64,000 bases of DNA from Amoebophrya sp. A120 (lineage: Eukaryota; Protista; Dinoflagellata): positions 9,059,979 through 9,123,978 of the forward strand of contig CAJINV010000003.1 in NCBI GenBank assembly GCA_905178155.1, written 5' to 3'. Numbering within the stretch: position 1 is the stretch's first letter; each line of letters begins with the position of its first letter. Positions 24,499-37,484 of this stretch are shown one piece after another. The notes under the pieces are model-generated. The model worked only from the letters and a program-made list of their open reading frames with translations. It made no database searches and was not told the origin of the DNA. A program made the translations under genes and the position numbers.

Positions 24499-27400
24499 TT
24501 AGTGCGACGCCATGTCGTATGCATTATAGATCTGCTGTCCAGGTCGGGCCTTCTCGAGCAGCGTCACATGGTACCGACGCGGCGATTCGTCCAACTGGTA
24601 CGGCAAATACTTTGGCTGCGGCTCGCTCTCTGACAATTGTTTGTGGTCTCGTGACACGCCCGCGAAGGCGTTCGGTCGCCAGTCGCCGCCGGACGGTTTG
24701 CTTTTGCCTTCCCTGTCCAATGCCGTTGTTATGAAATTGGAAAATTCTTCTTCTTATCTTTGCAGTATCTATTCCTCTACATATTCATTTCAAACAATAA
24801 CAGCAAAACGTTGACGTTGGCAGGCTTCACCAGCTGCCGGCGGAGGTGCCTAGGCCTTTCTTTGCATCTACTTACTACTGTAGTCTCGCGTCATCATCAT
24901 CATCATCATGCCCGGCATTTATTTTGTCTAAAAAAAACATCATGCCCCATCTACGGCCATCATGACTTGAGCCGCTGCAACCGATACAGATACTGGTGAA
25001 GTAAGAAGGTGAAGGGGATGTTCTCCCTTTGATACATATGGTCGCACTGCTATCGGCCGAGAGTTCGTGGCTCGCGTGCGACGACCAATCATCCATGTCC
25101 GAGTCGGAGCCGAAGGCCTGTTGTTGCTCGGCTGTTTGCAGCAGCGATGTGGTGCCACGACCCGAATGGTCCGAACGCGGTGTAGTAGAGGTTCGAGCCC
25201 TGCTGGGTTCATCTTCGCGGCTCTCTTGTGGAACTACGTGCGAAGCCAGCTGTTCGCTTTGGCTCAATTCGAAAGCCGCGCGATTTTCTGCGTTGTTCGG
25301 GCTGGTGGTGGGCGAGCTCAGCGAGGACCACAACATCGACGACCAGTCGCTAAAGCTTCCGGGCAGAAAGTCAAAGTATCGGTCCTGCTGCCTCTGCCAG
25401 TAATACTGCACGACAGTGATCACCGAGCTGGAGGGGGAAGGTTCCGCGAGCAGCTGGGTAGTACTAGCCGCAGTCGATGTCAAGGGAGCCTCGGCACCCG
25501 AAGGGTTCTTTTCCGCCCCGGTCGAATTTGTTACCCTTGTCCCGTCTTCCGCTCCACTTCGCGTGCGCAGCATGGCTTGCGGTTTACTTCCCTGGTGGAG
25601 TTGTGCAGCTTCCTGCTCTTGTGCGGCCCCCACCTCTGCTAGTGCCAGTCTTCCGGAATTCTCCTCCCAAGTGAAAAGTGGGCGATTCAGGGCGTCATAC
25701 GGAAACCGGTAGTCGGCCTTTCCGAACAACAGCTGGAAGATCCAGGGGGGCAGCATTTCGCGCAGCCACGATTCCGCTTGCTCCAGCAAAGCGTGCTTAC
25801 CGCCTTTATTTTTTCTGTCGTAGTTTGACAGCAGTGCATCACTTTTGCCTCCCGAGCCGGCGATACCACGGTCGTGGTCGCCTTCAGCGTCTTCGTCAGA
25901 AGCAGCGGCATGGTCCAGCACTTCATCCGCGTCCTCGTCCGGTCCAGCTGTCGCTGAAGATTGCATCTGCTCTGCCTTTGCTTCGTCCTCCCGATCTTGT
26001 TCCTCCATCGCAGCCCGCCAGTACTCGAAAAGGTCCGGCTCCTCCCGAAACGTGTCGTACGATTCAGTCTCGTCAAGCCATTCGCGCCACTCCGACAAGA
26101 TGTCATCCTGAACGTGCAGACTCGCGGACAGGCCCTGGAGCTTTAGTGCGCGGGTTTGCGCGGCCAGCAATGGGTCCGCATTTGGATTCAGATCGGAAGC
26201 GAGAACCATCATCGTGTCGCCCGCACTTTGATGTTCTTCGCGGCTCTGCGGCGTCGCTGTGCTGCTGCGCTCGTCACCACGGGAACGGGTCGGCGCGCCG
26301 CCCGCGGGGTCGACAGCCCGGTCTGGGGCCGCCCCAAGTGTGGCGGTCTGGAGAAAGCTTGAACCCTGTTCAACATCACCAGATGAAGAAAAAACCGATG
26401 CTCCAGCGAAAGGGTTCAGATCGAAAATACTGCTAGACACGTTCATCGCAGTGGTCGTTCCTTTCATCATATTACGCGCATCTTGCTCCCGATGTTGAAC
26501 ATGATACGGCGCAACGTCTACTTCGAGCTTCAAGTAGTGCTTGTCGCGCAGGACGCGGCGCCGGTAGAGCCGGGTTAGCAAGAGCAGCTCATACTCCGGG
26601 TCATCATTCAGCAGCCCTGGGGGGAGCACTTGCGACGCAACGTCCACCGTCAGGTGAGACCTGCGCGTTTCAGTGTTGGCAGGTGCGAACGACGAGGAGG
26701 AAGTAGATGACATCGATCCGCGCACCTGCGTTTTGTGGTCCGCCGTTTTACGATTCTTGGGCCGCTGCCGATCCGGATCTGGGGTGGTACTAAAGATGGA
26801 AGCAAACTGCAATGGCCCCTGACTGGAGTCGAAGATCTGCTTGCGATTTTTTCGGCGCCGGTGCCGCACGTCGCCGCGTCGCTGAAAGAGCTTTGCCGCA
26901 GTTGGTCTCACGGCCTCGTAGTCCTCGTCCGACCAGGGCCCCGACGCCGAGGCTCCAGCATCTGACGAGTCAGAGGAGACCACTTGATGCCTCGCAGATG
27001 AGTAGCGCATCATCTCGTCGGTGGTCACAGGTCGCGCATCAGCTGTACTGCTGGTGGTTCCTCGGGGCGGGGGCCTCGTCATGGTTCTGCCAGCTGCCGC
27101 CGCGGACGAATCAGAGTTGTTGTCAACGATCACGACGTCGTCGTGCTCCTTCCGGACGACTTCCATCATTGCATTTGCACCCCCATAATGTCGCTCCTCT
27201 GTCATAGGTGGAGCTGCTCCTGCTACAAGCTGTGACTTGTTGACAAACGCGACGTCGGCTTTGCCATCATCCTGCATCTTCCTCGCTGTACCAGCATCGC
27301 GGCGGGCTTTGTCGACGCCCTGAGGCCGGGTTGTCGCGGCTCCTGGTCGTGCTGCTCCTGCCTCGTGCGCAATATGCTTCTGCGCTGCGACTTCGTGTGG

Positions 27401-27829
27401 TGCCGCACTGAGCGTCGTATCAGACAGGTCCGAGGCTGCAACATTTCTCGTTCTTCTGGAAGATCCACTGTGACTGTCCCAGCTAGATGATGAGTTCACT
27501 GCTGCAGCCGGTGCCAAGCCTGCTGCTGCTGGTGCGCTCAACAAGTAGTTCGTTGTGTCGTTTAGTATCGGTGTCATCAACGTGCCGTCCCCTCGGACGG
27601 CAGGATCCGGCGCCAAACCCATTGCGGGGAATGCAAACAGGAAGAAACTCACACCGTAGGTAACCGCAACTCGTGGAAGGATCGAGGAATGTGACAACAA
27701 TTTGATTTCAGGTCGCGTGGCCACAAGTTGCGGTCCTGCTTCCTCGCGCCCACGGTACTTTGCGCAGGAAGGGCGAGGACTCGCAGCTGACAACATAGTG
27801 ATATTGGAAGCTGCAATTCTCATGTCCAT
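24499..27829 (-). CDS. Large hypothetical protein with an N-terminal hydrophobic segment
   Basis: 984-aa ORF with hydrophobic VAVTYGVSFFLFAFPAMGLA; probably continues into ORF 24499..24720 across degenerate element 24730-25034. Confidence 0.75.
24730..25034. mobile_element. Highly degenerate introner candidate
   Basis: TAT...ATA ends; TIR matches about 15 of 24; direct repeat lost; removing the element plus 5 bp joins SSATI to ALDREGKSK in frame. Confidence 0.5.
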
Positions 27830-29511
27830 GAAGATCGATGAACAAAGACAAACAGGTCACTGGCACTTCTGCTCAATAAAGTTACAACTCACTCTTCGCC
27901 CATTCCGGAGCCGGACCGAATCATCTATCAAACACTATAAGACTTCAATTGCTCTGATACAAATTAAAGATGAAATTACAACTAGGTATATGGGTGTAGT
28001 CCGTTTGGCTGTGGAATACAAAAATGAACGTCTCGAAAAATGTATAAAGTAAATAGGCACAAAAATCAGAAATAGGAGAATGGTGGTCGATGATAAAAGA
28101 GAAAACTGAAAAAGAAATTCAAATTTTGGGTCAGCAGTCAAAATAAAAAAATAAAAAACTATGATCGATTATAAAAGGTAAAGAAAGTAAAAATGAAAAA
28201 TGTAAATGAAAAAGAAAATAAAGAGTATAGGTGAAGGCTTTCGCTTTAGTCGTTTTTTTTGAAGGGGTCAGCAATAACGATGAAAAAAAGGATGCAACAA
28301 AAAATAATCTGAAGGGCTTAAATCACGGGGACGGACCTGTCGTCGGGGTAACAGGGCAATGTTAGTCAACATGCAAAATGATCACTTGCATACGCGTCCG
28401 CATGTCACCAATTTGGACTTCCTTCATAATAACTGTTTCGCTCAATCGTTCAATCGATATTATCACCTCCACACAGAACGAATACGAAACCGATTTGCAA
28501 ATTATGCATCGCGACGCAACCGACAACACATCAGCCCTACCCTCTCTATTTTGCCAACCGATTGCGATTTCAACTCAATTGTACATTTTCGCCGATTTTC
28601 AACAGTCCGAAATACGCTCGCACTCTACTGTTTAACGACAATATACTGCAGATTATCGAGGTTTATTCGAACGAAACTTGCTTCTCTTGTCAGGAGGAGG
28701 CCTCTTTGCAGTTTGTACCGAAAATCTAGTGTATGCGACTTGTTGATGACATACCGAACATTTTTCCTGTAATTTGCTAAAGACACGACCGACGACGAGT
28801 GCTACGCTATGAAGAAGGTAGACCCACTGGATGAAGATGGGTTACAATCGCCTTGTGATTACCTTCGCTGCGTAGCAGCGGTTTCGAGTGACATATTATG
28901 ACGCCGTTCCTCTTCACCGGGGTAGAGATCGAGAAAGGAATCCAGATGCCAAACATTGATAAATTTAGTCATCCTATGGATGATCCTCTGTGGCTTCGCC
29001 TTCGCGGCCAGATGAACATCACGAGGCGATAATTAGGGACAACAAGTAAGGCTTGCAAACTAACGCTAACCTGGGCGGTGGTGGTGGAGCATATGAACAA
29101 ATAAATTGTGGAATCAATACAGAGGATCCAGGCCGCGCAACTCATTCTCATTGTTGCGCACAACATTACAAAAGCTGCTTTTCTCTACAAACATAAATAC
29201 AGTATCGAGTGGTCATTCAGGATTGACCTTCTGCATTTCGTGTCTCAACAAAAAAAAAAACGCTGCCCGAATTTCAATGACTGCAGCGCTTTTGACAAAT
29301 TGCAAAATGACAAATACATGTAAAGGTGTAGCACTACTTCGACGTTACAAAAAATCACGGTTGGTTGGGTCTCTCATGAACATTAGTGGAAACGACCAAG
29401 AAACTACAGCGTTGCTTTTTTATACATGTTGATTTTTCATCGGTGTATATGAATTTACTGAGGTAGATACAATCATACTTTTCGTCGATCTGCTCGCGCA
29501 AAAAACTACGC

Positions 29512-32500
29512 CTACGTAGTTTCCACAACATTTGCAAGGAGTGCTAGCTGCGCTACCATCCCCTCCAAGGACCGCTTGGAGCTCGACGACGCAGAGACGT
29601 TGTTGATCGTGTCTTTCTGCTCCACCTCCTCCATGTCTTCGGGATCGACGTGCTGTCTGCGATTTCCATGCGTCACAGCCGTGCGATTTTCAGGCACCGA
29701 CGTGATTGTGTGTAGGTTTTCGCAGCCTTTCTGTTCTTCTGCTGGTACACATACGTGAACAAAAGTCTGGTCCTGTAGAGGGGATGGCTCCTGCACGCAT
29801 TTCGTTACTTTTTGCCTTCGTTTATTGCACTTCTTGCATGCAAACGCGGACTGGCAAACCCAGTCGCACACGCTCTTCGGCAACAAATTAATAAAAACAA
29901 ATACATAGTGCGCTCGCTTCTTGGGATGACCGAATTGTCACTGTTTGCCAAACGTACCATCTAAGTTCCAGGGTTGACCTAGCTGCTGACTACTCGGTAA
30001 TTTCAGCTGAGCGTGCTAGTCAGTGATCACATGATGTGTGTCGATCCTCGACAGAGGTACCGCTCAAATCTCGAAACCCTCCGGGCGCACCATTACCAGG
30101 ACGCACGCCTACAACCTCTATGTCTATTCATGCTTATCGACATCTTCGTTTCGACAGTGACAGAGACTATTCATGCTGCTGCCGTCCGACAGTGACAGAG
30201 GATGCCCTAATGCCAATTATTTTGTTCTTTTTCTGCATGAAACACAAACAAAATAGTTGAAACAGGAACAGCAACAGCTATAGCTCAAATAAACAAACGT
30301 AGTAAAAAGTACCTGCATCGGTGAATCGTCTTCCAACTCGTCCGGATCCACCAATTGAGCCGGAAGATGTTCGTCTATTTCTATGCTACCGGGAGCGCCA
30401 AAACTGTTGCGCGACTCGACAAACTCAGACTCCGCGTGTCTGGTAGAAGTCTCGTCGGCAGCTTGTAGTACTCGTGGCGTGAACAAGTTTGTTGGTCGAA
30501 AATTCACCTCGTCTGTTCGTGTCGGTATCGTCTTTTCCGCATCAAGAACATCATGCCTAGTGGCCGAATCATTGTCCGCGGTGTTGGAGGAGCTCAGAAT
30601 GTCCAGCAACATTTCGAACGGGGCATCGTGAACAACGACTGCTTTTTTTTCTGAAGCGGGAGATAAACTGCCACCCCCAGCGCTGTGTAGTGCACGATCC
30701 ACTCCAGAAGTCGAACAAGTCGTGAAAGGTTCAGATTCTGCGACCACGACCCTCCGTGGCACTGGGGCCTGCGCTCCTTGCCGCAACATCTCATTGAGTT
30801 GCGATATGCTCTTATCATTTAGAAAAGTCATGCCCCCCAAACCAGAACACGAAATGCAATTTTGATTTTCTTGGAATCAATGCGCTTTACCCTATGTGCC
30901 AAAGTCAGTAAAGCCATAAAAACGCAGATCCGGGATTAGAAAAGAGCGCAACAGTTTGCAACGGTGATGCAGCGAACTCCGAAGAGTAAACTGAAGAAAC
31001 TTTTTGTGTCTAAGCATAAGCTGCAACTTGCACAAATAAATTTCTGATAACTTTCTGGACTTTTGCGTAGTACCACTCTCTCGCTGCTTTCAGCTGGATA
31101 GGAAGGAGTCGGTCATGTACAACCCCTCCTTATCCGCACAAGGTCGGCTATGCAGCTACGGAATCTCATTTTACCTCGCTGTTACTTTTCTGAAAAGTAT
31201 TAAGTCGGTTCCAGTGGGTGCAGTTTTCTGTAGAATAACTCTGTTGGAGCTCGGCAACCTCTTCAAGAGGACAAACATCACCCAGGTCGTTTGGTCGCAA
31301 ACGGCGAGGAGGATCACACGGAGCGTCGTGGTCGTGCTGCTGCGGTTCATTTCTACGGAGGTGCCGGTGTTGCCACTGCGATTCGCCAGACGTGGGCGGA
31401 GAAACATGGCTGTAAACACAGCCCTTGCTGCCATCATGCTTTTGCTTGGCGTCCTTGTTGTGTGCCGCGGGTTCGCGTTCCTCACCAAGATCTGCCTTTG
31501 GACGATTACGCTCCTTCGCATCCGCTGGGGCTCTGGTAAAAACAAAAAGCCCAATAGCACTGTCGTTACCTCTGCACGGTCGAAATGATGTCTCTGTTCC
31601 TCGTTGGACGGCGACGGGGGGTCGGAATTCGGTGTGCAGCACTTGAGGACGTCGACGGGGCACTACAACCACCTGCAACACAAACATATCAAATCAGTAT
31701 GCCTGTACTCGTGCATGCACTTATGCACATTCCATAGGGAAATCGATCTGACGTTAAACCTTTTATACTAATTTGAAAAAAATGAAATATCTAAATCATG
31801 CTGTCTGAATCTGATTTCAGAAGAGTACCCTATCCGCTTCCTGCTCGTTCATCGTATCACACGTAGGCTCTTCGTTTCCTGGCGCGCTTCCTGGAACAGA
31901 AAGCAGGAGTGCCGATGAACAGGCGGATTTTCGCAGCCCAGGAGAATAGATGACGGCATTTTTCCTTGAGGGCGAGGGGGATCTGTTCCAGTATCCAGTT
32001 CCAGGGGCGTGGTAGGGTCCCTCTCGCATAGCGAGCGTGTGCGTCGTTTTCAAGGAAATGTGTGGCGACGAGAGCATCATCTGCAGTCGAGGAGTGAGAC
32101 GCCCCGTTGAATTCACGGTGCCCGTTCTTGCGCGCTCCACTTCTGAGTGCAAGTGCCGCGGCTTGAGGTGTAATAAAGTATGGACAACATTGTCCTCGAC
32201 TTTTTGTTTAGTTTCTCGATCGCGCATCTGCTCCTCTGCCTGTCCCTGGCCGTCATCGTTAGTCCTCCTGAACACGGGACCTATCGTATGTAAAAACGTC
32301 CCCACCCCATAGTTGTAATGCAAATCTGCATGCTGAAAATGTTTCTCATTCGGAGCCCTATGAGAAGCATTCTCTAGTCGTGTTTTGCAATTTGTCATGC
32401 TCCGATCAGCATTATCTACTAGATCTGTGATGCTGCTGAGCTAGCTCAAACAGCACTACACTACGAGTCCAAATTTGTCATGCAAAACAGCCAAAACTTG

Positions 32501-35500
32501 TGAATTTGTCTAGCCGAGTCCCCATCTTGACTATGGTGTGGGGACGTTTTTATTCACGATAGGACCGCACAACTCGTCATGTTCTTGTTCTAAAGCCTCC
32601 GTGGAGAAGTGTGCCTGACTTGCTTCCTCCACGTGTCGTGTGGTTCCCACGACTTGCTGGTCCTCGTCAAGAAGGTGCGGAAACGTCGCATGAAGATAGA
32701 CCTCCGCTTCTGCTCGGTTCTGAGCCTCGTCCGCGAGCCAGCTGGCAGAATCGCAGTTGGCAAATCGGGACCTGTTTGGAGGACTCACCGAAAACGGGTT
32801 TTCGCTCCACTTCGACGCGGGCGAAGAAGCCAACGAAATGGAAATCTGCGACTTGCAATTATTCCACTCGTGTAGCATATTTTTATTTTTTGAAACTGCC
32901 ATAATGTTGGCACTAGTACTCGAAATAACCTGATGTTGTACAACATCATCTGTGCGAAGCACGTTCCCGCTTCTCTTCTCTCTGGCTGCTGCTTCCTCCA
33001 GAGGGGACGAAGGACCTTGTTGCTTCTCGTTCTCCTGTAGCGCGTCTTCATGATCTTGTTCCACAACTTGTCCATCAGAATAGGTTCGCACGCGCACTTG
33101 TTCTGACGCCTCTTGACGAGCTCCAGCTCCTCCATGCCCCGCAGATCCGCTCTTCTTGGCAGCAGCTACATCACCGCCGAAAGAAGTTCTTGTAGGTAGA
33201 CGACCACAAGAACTCGCACTGCTTGTTCTACAAGTCGCCGTTGTTCTTGAAGCAGTGCTGTATTCTCGAAACAGTGTCTCCACCCCTTCCTGTATTCGCG
33301 AAACCATTGCACTTTCCTGCCGCTCCTCCGCTCCCACCACCGCCTCTCCTTCTTCCGGAACTGGAAGCAGAGGAAAACTGCACAACGGCGAACTGCTGTC
33401 GTCGACTTCATCGTCGATGTGAATGCGTGCTCCAAAAGTGCAAGAAGATCGTACCGGACGAGCATGGAGCGAGTCATCGCGATTATATCTGGTGCGCTTT
33501 TTACCACGGCACGAATCTTCCCTATCTCCGCTCGTTCTCCCAGCTCTTTTCGCTGAATCTTCTTGAGACAGGTGTGCTTCTCCTGGAGGGTGAAAAGTCG
33601 CCGGAGACGACGACGAAAAGTCGTCTTGAGACTCGTCTTCTGAAAGATCGTGGCTGCTTCGATGTGGCGTTTTTCCATTATATGTAGTAGCAGTGGTAGA
33701 GTCGGTGAAGGCGCGGCTGCTCCTGCTCCCAGATGCTTTTACAAAATCGTGGTTGTATTTGTCCGACTCTCCAATTATAGACGCTTTAGTAGAGTAGGCT
33801 CCTTTTCCTTTCCCTTTCGTATTTGTTGTACTGGTGTGCTTATTATACTCCTGACACCACCTCAGCAGCTCCTCCCGGAGTCTCGCGTTTTCACGTTCCA
33901 GTGCTGCGGTATGCACGCTGTCGCAGGTATTGGCGTCCGCATTTAGCGCAGCGGTATGCACCAGGCCGTCGCAGGTACTATTGGCTTCTCCTGCAAGACG
34001 TGGAGCGTGGTCAGCGTCACGATGCTCGTCCAGGCCATGCCTATCGCATGCGGGAGATGAACTATTGATCAAAATCGCAGCTATGCTTTCTTCAATCTCC
34101 CCTCTTCTGCCTCCGGCGACGATGCCCTCTGGGACCATTTCCTCTGTACGACGAGAGGGGTGAGAAGGATCATTGGGCCAACCAGTGTCACAGCTCGCAG
34201 CTCGACAGTGATTGTAAACAGGGTGGTCGTGGTCCCGGAAATCTTCACTGTTTTCGCTGCTTTCTGTGAAAGGCGCGGCATCAGCCTCGCACGGCGGGAT
34301 CTTTTTGCGCACGAACACTTTTTGTTCCTTTCCCGAGGAGCTCGACGCTGTAGTCGACGGCGTGGCGTCCGCGCTCTGATTGCGTTCAAGGGGGCGATCT
34401 TCTTCATCTGCATCGTCTTCAGCCCGACTTACCCGGTTTGAAGTAGAGGCACTAGCGAAATTTTTCGCAGTGGTGTCATTCTCTCCGTTCTCCACTACCT
34501 GCAGTTGGTGTTGGACATGTTGCTGCTGGTCATGCCTGCCAAATCTACTTTCGATCTCGGCAATTTGCTGCTTCAATACTTCGCGCTGCGCCTGGAGCAG
34601 CCGCATCGCCGCAGAAACTTCTTTCGCTGGGGCGGCGCCAAGCCCGTCACTACTTGCAGGAGAAAAATTACTCGTGGCAGTAACCGACGTCGCTGCAACG
34701 GAAGGCGCCGCTCCTCGGGGTGTTGCAAACAAATTTCCCTGAAAGCTCGAGGGTGAAGTCGATCCGGGAGTCGAAGCCAGCATGGTGGCAGGGGCAGGCG
34801 CAGGCTTGGAGGAACCCTTCGCAAATGAACGACCATTGTCGTCGATCCGACCCAGAAGATCGGTGATGGCACACAGACAACCCTTCCTGTCCAAGACCAG
34901 AACTCGCTTATTCTTATGATCAATAACGCGCTGCAACTCTTCGTCAGCTTCGTTCTCGACTCTGTTACTGTGCTGCAGATCATGTTCCCCGGAAACTGGG
35001 GCCTGCTCGCCCATCTTCAGGTGATCCTCAACCTCATGCCGAAGCCTCCTGTTGAAAATCAAAATATCAAGAGTCAGCAGACCAGTACAATTTCTTGTTA
35101 CAGAATCAAGCAGGTGGCGCAAGTTGATGAGAGTGGAAAGAACATACAAAGCGCAGCAAGCTTGTTGAGCGAAAAAACTTAAATTATCAGGCGAGCCAGG
35201 ATGTGCAACTGGCAACGTGCACGTGTTGTGCGCTGTCCACTAGGTTGAAAAACATAAAAGCAGCAAGGAAATTTTCTCTTTGTACAGCGTCATCAAGGTC
35301 AACCTCAACACATCGTATATGTTGCAGCTACTTTCGATAGATACTTTTGCTCTACCTTCCATCTCCTCTGCTTCTGCTGGTGCTCGCGCGTGGCCTGGAG
35401 CACTCAGCAGCTAGACTGCCGTCTTGGACGAACGTTCCCGAGGTAGCTGCACCTACCGGCGCAGTCTGAAGCTGAAGACCTTCTGCGTCCTCCGAGGGAA

Positions 35501-36560
35501 CAAGACCAAGCAGTCTTGGCTTTCCATCAGCTGTCTTTGATGCAACGTGCCTGGCATCACCTCCCCCGCCGACTGGAACTTCTCCACGAAGGTTGTTCTG
35601 CTTCATCATCCACTCGAGTCCTCGTCCGGGAGTCGCACCTCCATCCTGGTGGCTGCGTGATCCATGTTGATCGTAGTAGAGCAGAGGTGTCTGTTGTCCC
35701 GGGGGATTGTAGGGCAAGTCCTGGCGAGATGTTGACTCGCTGCAGTAGACGATCGCGTGGTGGGGGGACTCCACCTCCAAGGCAGATGTACTGGGACTAG
35801 CTCCCCTGGCAGCTTGTTGTACAAATTCAAATAGTAGCGACTGCTGCAACGCAGGGGAGCTGGAACGGCCCGCCGCCGCGCTAGTGCGCCAAGTATGATC
35901 CTGAATAGACGCACAGCTGTGCGGCGTCAATGGGTTGTCGCGTCCTGCTGCGGAAAAGCGGCCGTCGGATGGATGCGCCGCGGCGACCCCGCCTAGCGTT
36001 AGCGGCGACGGTGCCGCGGAAGACATCGGAGTCGCAGCCGCAATCCCCCCGACGCGGTACTGCTCGCGTTGCCGGGACCGCTTGGACTTGCTCAAGTTTG
36101 GCCTGAAGGTGCACTCCTTTTTGTCAACAAGTCGTGACTCCCGTACCTCCTTCGCGCGCTCCATCTTGGCGCGCTTCTTCGCGGCCCATTCGTTGACTTG
36201 TTGCGAGTTTCGCGCCGCGAAATCGTGAATGTGGGCATTTTTGGTCGTCATGCAGCTGCTCTGTAGAAGTACTTCTCCGACCCCTCGCCCCTCGACGGGC
36301 GTCAATATTAATCCATCTGCTCCTGTACTAACAGCAGCCGAGGTTCGCGATCCCAAGCCTCGTCCGGTCGTACCGGGTTGGAGGTTCAAGCGCCTTCCTG
36401 GGCTTTGATTTTGTGTTGCCATTGGATCAGGAACTGCTTTTCGCAGTCCTTTTCTCCGAACATATCTCGTTGCAGGTGATGTCGTTGTCGTGACAACAGA
36501 CGAAATTGTTCTTCTTGTGGACAACGACAACGACGACGATGAGGATGACGACGAGACCAT
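29512..36560 (-). CDS. Very large multi-exon low-complexity / coiled-coil hypothetical protein (3' end uncertain)
   Basis: ORFs join in frame through GT-AG introns 35049-35355, 31673-31828 and probably 30811-31174, plus introner 32282-32561; donor at 30312; contains EWAAKKRAKMERAKE...ECTFRPNL. Exons below about 30300 are unresolved. Confidence 0.65.
32282..32561. mobile_element. Introner, TIR family B
   Basis: TATCGTATGTAAAAACGTCCCCACCCCATAGT ... ACTATGGTGTGGGGACGTTTTTATTCACGATA; perfect repeat GGACC; body homologous to 18398-18676; removal gives ELCGP-VFRRTN. Confidence 0.95.
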
Positions 36561-37484
36561 TCTCTTCAACGACGAGCGAATTAGAAATCGAAATGTACCA
36601 ATCCGTTGCACCACTCCATCTATGATATATACAACTACAACACCGGTTTCATCTACATCAAGATCAACAAGACCAATGAAATTGAAAGGCAACTCATAAT
36701 GCAAACTGAAAATTCATCAAAAACCCGCAGAGCCTCATGCTGCTCGTCTTCGAATCATTTCATTACGATATAGGAAATTCTGCTCTATATCAAGGCATTT
36801 CTTCATCATCATCTTCGCGTCCCACCCAACCCAAAGTGCCCACCCCCAACCGATACCGGAACCGATCAGTACTCACACTGATACTACTGATTTTGATTTG
36901 TAAAACCAAGTTGAAATTCAAATATCTGCGTTGACATAATATCAATAGTGATCAGGAAGCAGCCACATCATACCCCTTGAAAGCAACACTCAAGTCCAAA
37001 TGAGCCCACGACTACAACGAACCGCTCGAGATGAGGATGACACCCGCGCCCGCCCGAAGAACGATCCGACCTTCAACATCATCAACATTCTGTTCACAAG
37101 CGCCAACATGTTTTTTATCATTTTATTGTCGATTACGATCTGAATTTCCGCAGTATTTTCAGATCTAGTGAAGCTGCGCTGTTCCTGATCTTCTATAAAC
37201 ATACACGCAAATTGCGACACCAACACAAGCCTGAGAGGACAGGGCGCTGTCCTCCGGACCAAGCAGAGGCTGCCGGCAGCAGTTGAGCAATTTTATCGAT
37301 GGTTTCTTTGTTTGAGCATTGAAGGAGTGAGATACCATTGAACATTTGACGCCATTCCCATACAATTGAATACAAAATCTAAACTACGCAGGAGCTGGGA
37401 TGGTCTTCTTCGAGTACCAAAGAAGTTGAAGACGCAACAACGTGATTTGCGTTCATTTTCGGTGGATTCCAACTCCGTGCCACG